Part shown: one piece after another, positions 32,586 through 38,710 of the stretch
Position numbering within the stretch: position 1 is the first letter of the stretch
How the letters are laid out: each line of letters begins with the position of its first letter
Source: Macrostomum lignano
Lineage: Eukaryota
Reading direction: 5' to 3'
Length of the DNA stretch: 38,710 nt
Assembly (NCBI GenBank): GCA_002269645.1
Contig: NIVC01001529.1
Span: forward strand, 1-38,710
The notes under the pieces: generated by a model
Told to the model about the DNA's origin: nothing
Databases searched by the model: none
Seen by the model: only the letters and a program-made list of their open reading frames with translations
Made by a program: the position numbers and the translations under genes

Positions 32586-35500
32586 AGAAGATAGCGAGAA
32601 AGAGCGAGCGAAGCGAGCTCTTTCGAGCTTGCTTGCCGCAGCCAATCAAGCTGAAAGCACGCACACAAGATCACCGGAAACGATTAAGGCAGCTGGAAAG
32701 CCAATGGGCGCGGTAAGCGCTTTTATCCAGAGGAACTACCTGCTGGAACCAGCCATGCCGAACGAAAATCAGACTACTCAAGTAGTGCAAAAGAGTACGT
32801 GCAACTACCGAGAAATCTAATTTTCGTAACCGCTCCGGTGCAGGTCCTGGCTATAGATAGAAGATAGCGAGAAAGAGCGAGCGAAGCGAGCTCTTTCGAG
32901 CTTGCTTGCCGCAGCCAATCAAGCTGAAAGCACGCACACAAGATCACCGGAAACGATTAAGGCAGCTGGAAAGCCAATGGGCGCGGTAAGCGCTTTTATC
33001 CAGAGGAACTACCTGCTGGAACCAGCCATGCCGAACGAAAATCAGACTACTCAAGTAGTGCAAAAGAGTACGTGCAACTACCGAGAAATCTAATTTTCGT
33101 AACCGCTCCGGTGCAGGTCCTGGCTATAGATAGAAGATAGCGAGAAAGAGCGAGCGAAGCGAGCTCTTTCGAGCTTGCTTGCCGCAGCCAATCAAGCTGA
33201 AAGCACGCACACAAGATCACCGGAAACGATTAAGGCAGCTGGAAAGCCAATGGGCGCGGTAAGCGCTTTTATCCAGAGGAACTACCTGCTGGAACCAGCC
33301 ATGCCGAACGAAAATCAGACTACTCAAGTAGTGCAAAAGAGTACGTGCAACTACCGAGAAATCTAATTTTCGTAACCGCTCCGGTGCAGGTCCTGGCTAT
33401 AGATAGAAGATAGCGAGAAAGAGCGAGCGAAGCGAGCTCTTTCGAGCTTGCTTGCCGCAGCCAATCAAGCTGAAAGCACGCACACAAGATCACCGGAAAC
33501 GATTAAGGCAGCTGGAAAGCCAATGGGCGCGGTAAGCGCTTTTATCCAGAGGAACTACCTGCTGGAACCAGCCATGCCGAACGAAAATCAGACTACTCAA
33601 GTAGTGCAAAAGAGTACGTGCAACTACCGAGAAATCTAATTTTCGTAACCGCTCCGGTGCAGGTCCTGGCTATAGATAGAAGATAGCGAGAAAGAGCGAG
33701 CGAAGCGAGCTCTTTCGAGCTTGCTTGCCGCAGCCAATCAAGCTGAAAGCACGCACACAAGATCACCGGAAACGATTAAGGCAGCTGGAAAGCCAATGGG
33801 CGCGGTAAGCGCTTTTATCCAGAGGAACTACCTGCTGGAACCAGCCATGCCGAACGAAAATCAGACTACTCAAGTAGTGCAAAAGAGTACGTGCAACTAC
33901 CGAGAAATCTAATTTTCGTAACCGCTCCGGTGCAGGTCCTGGCTATAGATAGAAGATAGCGAGAAAGAGCGAGCGAAGCGAGCTCTTTCGAGCTTGCTTG
34001 CCGCAGCCAATCAAGCTGAAAGCACGCACACAAGATCACCGGAAACGATTAAGGCAGCTGGAAAGCCAATGGGCGCGGTAAGCGCTTTTATCCAGAGGAA
34101 CTACCTGCTGGAACCAGCCATGCCGAACGAAAATCAGACTACTCAAGTAGTGCAAAAGAGTACGTGCAACTACCGAGAAATCTAATTTTCGTAACCGCTC
34201 CGGTGCAGGTCCTGGCTATAGATAGAAGATAGCGAGAAAGAGCGAGCGAAGCGAGCTCTTTCGAGCTTGCTTGCCGCAGCCAATCAAGCTGAAAGCACGC
34301 ACACAAGATCACCGGAAACGATTAAGGCAGCTGGAAAGCCAATGGGCGCGGTAAGCGCTTTTATCCAGAGGAACTACCTGCTGGAACCAGCCATGCCGAA
34401 CGAAAATCAGACTACTCAAGTAGTGCAAAAGAGTACGTGCAACTACCGAGAAATCTAATTTTCGTAACCGCTCCGGTGCAGGTCCTGGCTATAGATAGAA
34501 GATAGCGAGAAAGAGCGAGCGAAGCGAGCTCTTTCGAGCTTGCTTGCCGCAGCCAATCAAGCTGAAAGCACGCACACAAGATCACCGGAAACGATTAAGG
34601 CAGCTGGAAAGCCAATGGGCGCGGTAAGCGCTTTTATCCAGAGGAACTACCTGCTGGAACCAGCCATGCCGAACGAAAATCAGACTACTCAAGTAGTGCA
34701 AAAGAGTACGTGCAACTACCGAGAAATCTAATTTTCGTAACCGCTCCGGTGCAGGTCCTGGCTATAGATAGAAGATAGCGAGAAAGAGCGAGCGAAGCGA
34801 GCTCTTTCGAGCTTGCTTGCCGCAGCCAATCAAGCTGAAAGCACGCACACAAGATCACCGGAAACGATTAAGGCAGCTGGAAAGCCAATGGGCGCGGTAA
34901 GCGCTTTTATCCAGAGGAACTACCTGCTGGAACCAGCCATGCCGAACGAAAATCAGACTACTCAAGTAGTGCAAAAGAGTACGTGCAACTACCGAGAAAT
35001 CTAATTTTCGTAACCGCTCCGGTGCAGGTCCTGGCTATAGATAGAAGATAGCGAGAAAGAGCGAGCGAAGCGAGCTCTTTCGAGCTTGCTTGCCGCAGCC
35101 AATCAAGCTGAAAGCACGCACACAAGATCACCGGAAACGATTAAGGCAGCTGGAAAGCCAATGGGCGCGGTAAGCGCTTTTATCCAGAGGAACTACCTGC
35201 TGGAACCAGCCATGCCGAACGAAAATCAGACTACTCAAGTAGTGCAAAAGAGTACGTGCAACTACCGAGAAATCTAATTTTCGTAACCGCTCCGGTGCAG
35301 GTCCTGGCTATAGATAGAAGATAGCGAGAAAGAGCGAGCGAAGCGAGCTCTTTCGAGCTTGCTTGCCGCAGCCAATCAAGCTGAAAGCACGCACACAAGA
35401 TCACCGGAAACGATTAAGGCAGCTGGAAAGCCAATGGGCGCGGTAAGCGCTTTTATCCAGAGGAACTACCTGCTGGAACCAGCCATGCCGAACGAAAATC

Positions 35501-38500
35501 AGACTACTCAAGTAGTGCAAAAGAGTACGTGCAACTACCGAGAAATCTAATTTTCGTAACCGCTCCGGTGCAGGTCCTGGCTATAGATAGAAGATAGCGA
35601 GAAAGAGCGAGCGAAGCGAGCTCTTTCGAGCTTGCTTGCCGCAGCCAATCAAGCTGAAAGCACGCACACAAGATCACCGGAAACGATTAAGGCAGCTGGA
35701 AAGCCAATGGGCGCGGTAAGCGCTTTTATCCAGAGGAACTACCTGCTGGAACCAGCCATGCCGAACGAAAATCAGACTACTCAAGTAGTGCAAAAGAGTA
35801 CGTGCAACTACCGAGAAATCTAATTTTCGTAACCGCTCCGGTGCAGGTCCTGGCTATAGATAGAAGATAGCGAGAAAGAGCGAGCGAAGCGAGCTCTTTC
35901 GAGCTTGCTTGCCGCAGCCAATCAAGCTGAAAGCACGCACACAAGATCACCGGAAACGATTAAGGCAGCTGGAAAGCCAATGGGCGCGGTAAGCGCTTTT
36001 ATCCAGAGGAACTACCTGCTGGAACCAGCCATGCCGAACGAAAATCAGACTACTCAAGTAGTGCAAAAGAGTACGTGCAACTACCGAGAAATCTAATTTT
36101 CGTAACCGCTCCGGTGCAGGTCCTGGCTATAGATAGAAGATAGCGAGAAAGAGCGAGCGAAGCGAGCTCTTTCGAGCTTGCTTGCCGCAGCCAATCAAGC
36201 TGAAAGCACGCACACAAGATCACCGGAAACGATTAAGGCAGCTGGAAAGCCAATGGGCGCGGTAAGCGCTTTTATCCAGAGGAACTACCTGCTGGAACCA
36301 GCCATGCCGAACGAAAATCAGACTACTCAAGTAGTGCAAAAGAGTACGTGCAACTACCGAGAAATCTAATTTTCGTAACCGCTCCGGTGCAGGTCCTGGC
36401 TATAGATAGAAGATAGCGAGAAAGAGCGAGCGAAGCGAGCTCTTTCGAGCTTGCTTGCCGCAGCCAATCAAGCTGAAAGCACGCACACAAGATCACCGGA
36501 AACGATTAAGGCAGCTGGAAAGCCAATGGGCGCGGTAAGCGCTTTTATCCAGAGGAACTACCTGCTGGAACCAGCCATGCCGAACGAAAATCAGACTACT
36601 CAAGTAGTGCAAAAGAGTACGTGCAACTACCGAGAAATCTAATTTTCGTAACCGCTCCGGTGCAGGTCCTGGCTATAGATAGAAGATAGCGAGAAAGAGC
36701 GAGCGAAGCGAGCTCTTTCGAGCTTGCTTGCCGCAGCCAATCAAGCTGAAAGCACGCACACAAGATCACCGGAAACGATTAAGGCAGCTGGAAAGCCAAT
36801 GGGCGCGGTAAGCGCTTTTATCCAGAGGAACTACCTGCTGGAACCAGCCATGCCGAACGAAAATCAGACTACTCAAGTAGTGCAAAAGAGTACGTGCAAC
36901 TACCGAGAAATCTAATTTTCGTAACCGCTCCGGTGCAGGTCCTGGCTATAGATAGAAGATAGCGAGAAAGAGCGAGCGAAGCGAGCTCTTTCGAGCTTGC
37001 TTGCCGCAGCCAATCAAGCTGAAAGCACGCACACAAGATCACCGGAAACGATTAAGGCAGCTGGAAAGCCAATGGGCGCGGTAAGCGCTTTTATCCAGAG
37101 GAACTACCTGCTGGAACCAGCCATGCCGAACGAAAATCAGACTACTCAAGTAGTGCAAAAGAGTACGTGCAACTACCGAGAAATCTAATTTTCGTAACCG
37201 CTCCGGTGCAGGTCCTGGCTATAGATAGAAGATAGCGAGAAAGAGCGAGCGAAGCGAGCTCTTTCGAGCTTGCTTGCCGCAGCCAATCAAGCTGAAAGCA
37301 CGCACACAAGATCACCGGAAACGATTAAGGCAGCTGGAAAGCCAATGGGCGCGGTAAGCGCTTTTATCCAGAGGAACTACCTGCTGGAACCAGCCATGCC
37401 GAACGAAAATCAGACTACTCAAGTAGTGCAAAAGAGTACGTGCAACTACCGAGAAATCTAATTTTCGTAACCGCTCCGGTGCAGGTCCTGGCTATAGATA
37501 GAAGATAGCGAGAAAGAGCGAGCGAAGCGAGCTCTTTCGAGCTTGCTTGCCGCAGCCAATCAAGCTGAAAGCACGCACACAAGATCACCGGAAACGATTA
37601 AGGCAGCTGGAAAGCCAATGGGCGCGGTAAGCGCTTTTATCCAGAGGAACTACCTGCTGGAACCAGCCATGCCGAACGAAAATCAGACTACTCAAGTAGT
37701 GCAAAAGAGTACGTGCAACTACCGAGAAATCTAATTTTCGTAACCGCTCCGGTGCAGGTCCTGGCTATAGATAGAAGATAGCGAGAAAGAGCGAGCGAAG
37801 CGAGCTCTTTCGAGCTTGCTTGCCGCAGCCAATCAAGCTGAAAGCACGCACACAAGATCACCGGAAACGATTAAGGCAGCTGGAAAGCCAATGGGCGCGG
37901 TAAGCGCTTTTATCCAGAGGAACTACCTGCTGGAACCAGCCATGCCGAACGAAAATCAGACTACTCAGAGTAGTGCAAAAGAGTACGTGCAACTACCGAG
38001 AAATCTAATTTTCGTAACCGCTCCGGTGCACGGTCCTGGCTATAGATAGAAGATAGCGAGAAAGAGCGAGCGAAGCGAGCTCTTTCGAGCTTGCTTGCCG
38101 CAGCCAATCAAGCTGAAAGCACGCACACAAGATCACCGGAAACGATTAAGCAGCTGGAAAGCCAATGGGCGCGGTAAGCGCTTTTATCCAGAGGAACTAC
38201 CTGCTGGAACCAGCCATGCCGAAACGAAAATCAGACTACTCAAGTAGTGCAAAAGAGTACGTGCAACTACCGAGAAATCTAATTTTCGTAACCGCTCTCG
38301 GTGCAGCGTCCTGGCTATAGATAGAAGATAGCGAGAAAGAGCGAGCGCGAAGCGAGCTCTTTCGAGCTTGCTTGCCGCAGCCAATCAAGCTGAAAGCACG
38401 CACAAAGATCACCCGAAACGATTAAGGCAGCTGGAAAGCCAATGGGCGCGCGTAAGCGCTTTTATCCAGAGAACTACCTGCTGGAACCAGCCATGCCGAA

Positions 38501-38710
38501 CGAAAATCAGACTACTCAAGTAGTGCAAAAGAGTACGTGCAACTACCGAGAAATCTAATTTTCGTAACCGCTCCGGTTGCAGGTCCTGGCTATAGATAGA
38601 AGATAGCGAGAAAGAGCGAGCGAAGCGAGCTCTTTCGAGCTTGCTTGCCGCAGCCAATCAAGCTGAAAGCACGCACACAAGATCACCGGAAACGATTAAG
38701 GCAGCTGGAA
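32584..38710. repeat. Tandem array of an unidentified 273-bp unit, about 22.4 copies, running off the window end
   Basis: The ORF track shows the same 63-aa translation at exact 273-bp spacing from 32629 to 37543 (19 copies). Copies after about 37960 differ mainly by single-base indels. Confidence 0.99.

Noticed and set aside
32629-32820. 63-aa ORF repeated in every 273-bp unit as a protein gene
   Set aside because: It starts at TTG (ATG versions give 38 or 21 aa), has no recognisable domain and no poly(A) signal in the unit, and its conservation merely reflects identical DNA.
32584-32856. 273-bp unit as hammerhead, twister or HDV-like ribozyme
   Set aside because: No CUGANGA on either strand. 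The minus-strand GGATAAAAGCG resembles part of a twister but lacks the CCCAAGC loop and GAGGG partner. I found no HDV P3/L3 arrangement by eye. A covariance search is still advisable.
32584-32856. 273-bp unit as flatworm SL RNA, U4, U1 or 5S gene
   Set aside because: The donor-like GGTAAG is not preceded directly by AUG as in flatworm leaders. U4-like (GCCAATG, TTTATCC-GAGG) and U1-like (ACTACCTG) bits are short and non-colinear. The Sm-like site is imperfect, and there are no 5S or A/B boxes.

Overview
Eukaryotic (animal) genomic DNA, not prokaryotic. The repeat-stuffed introns, GC-rich exons and Gly/Ala-run proteins resemble a Macrostomum-like flatworm, but that is inference only. Layout: (1) 1-9.2 kb is a CpG-depleted transposon graveyard with a broken APE/RT non-LTR retrotransposon and a decayed intron-containing hAT transposase gene (minus strand) interrupted by an intact 297-bp hAT MITE. 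(2) 9.6-21.4 kb is a multi-exon FAM234-like FG-GAP beta-propeller membrane-protein gene (+), whose first well-supported exon has no in-frame ATG near its start. (3) A tRNA-derived SINE with a 9-bp TSD sits at 23.7 kb. (4) 24.5-29.1 kb is a 4-exon STT3A gene (+) carrying one -1 frameshift. (5) From a (GATA)n tract at 32.25 kb to the window end runs a near-perfect array of about 22 copies of an unidentified, CpG-rich, highly structured 273-bp unit. Most introns hold their own mini- or microsatellite. Top leads: the 273-bp array and its GATA junction, possible use of a trans-spliced leader AUG as start codon, complementary microsatellites bracketing two exons, and a sharp CpG boundary at about 9.23 kb. 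All coordinates and counts were read by eye.
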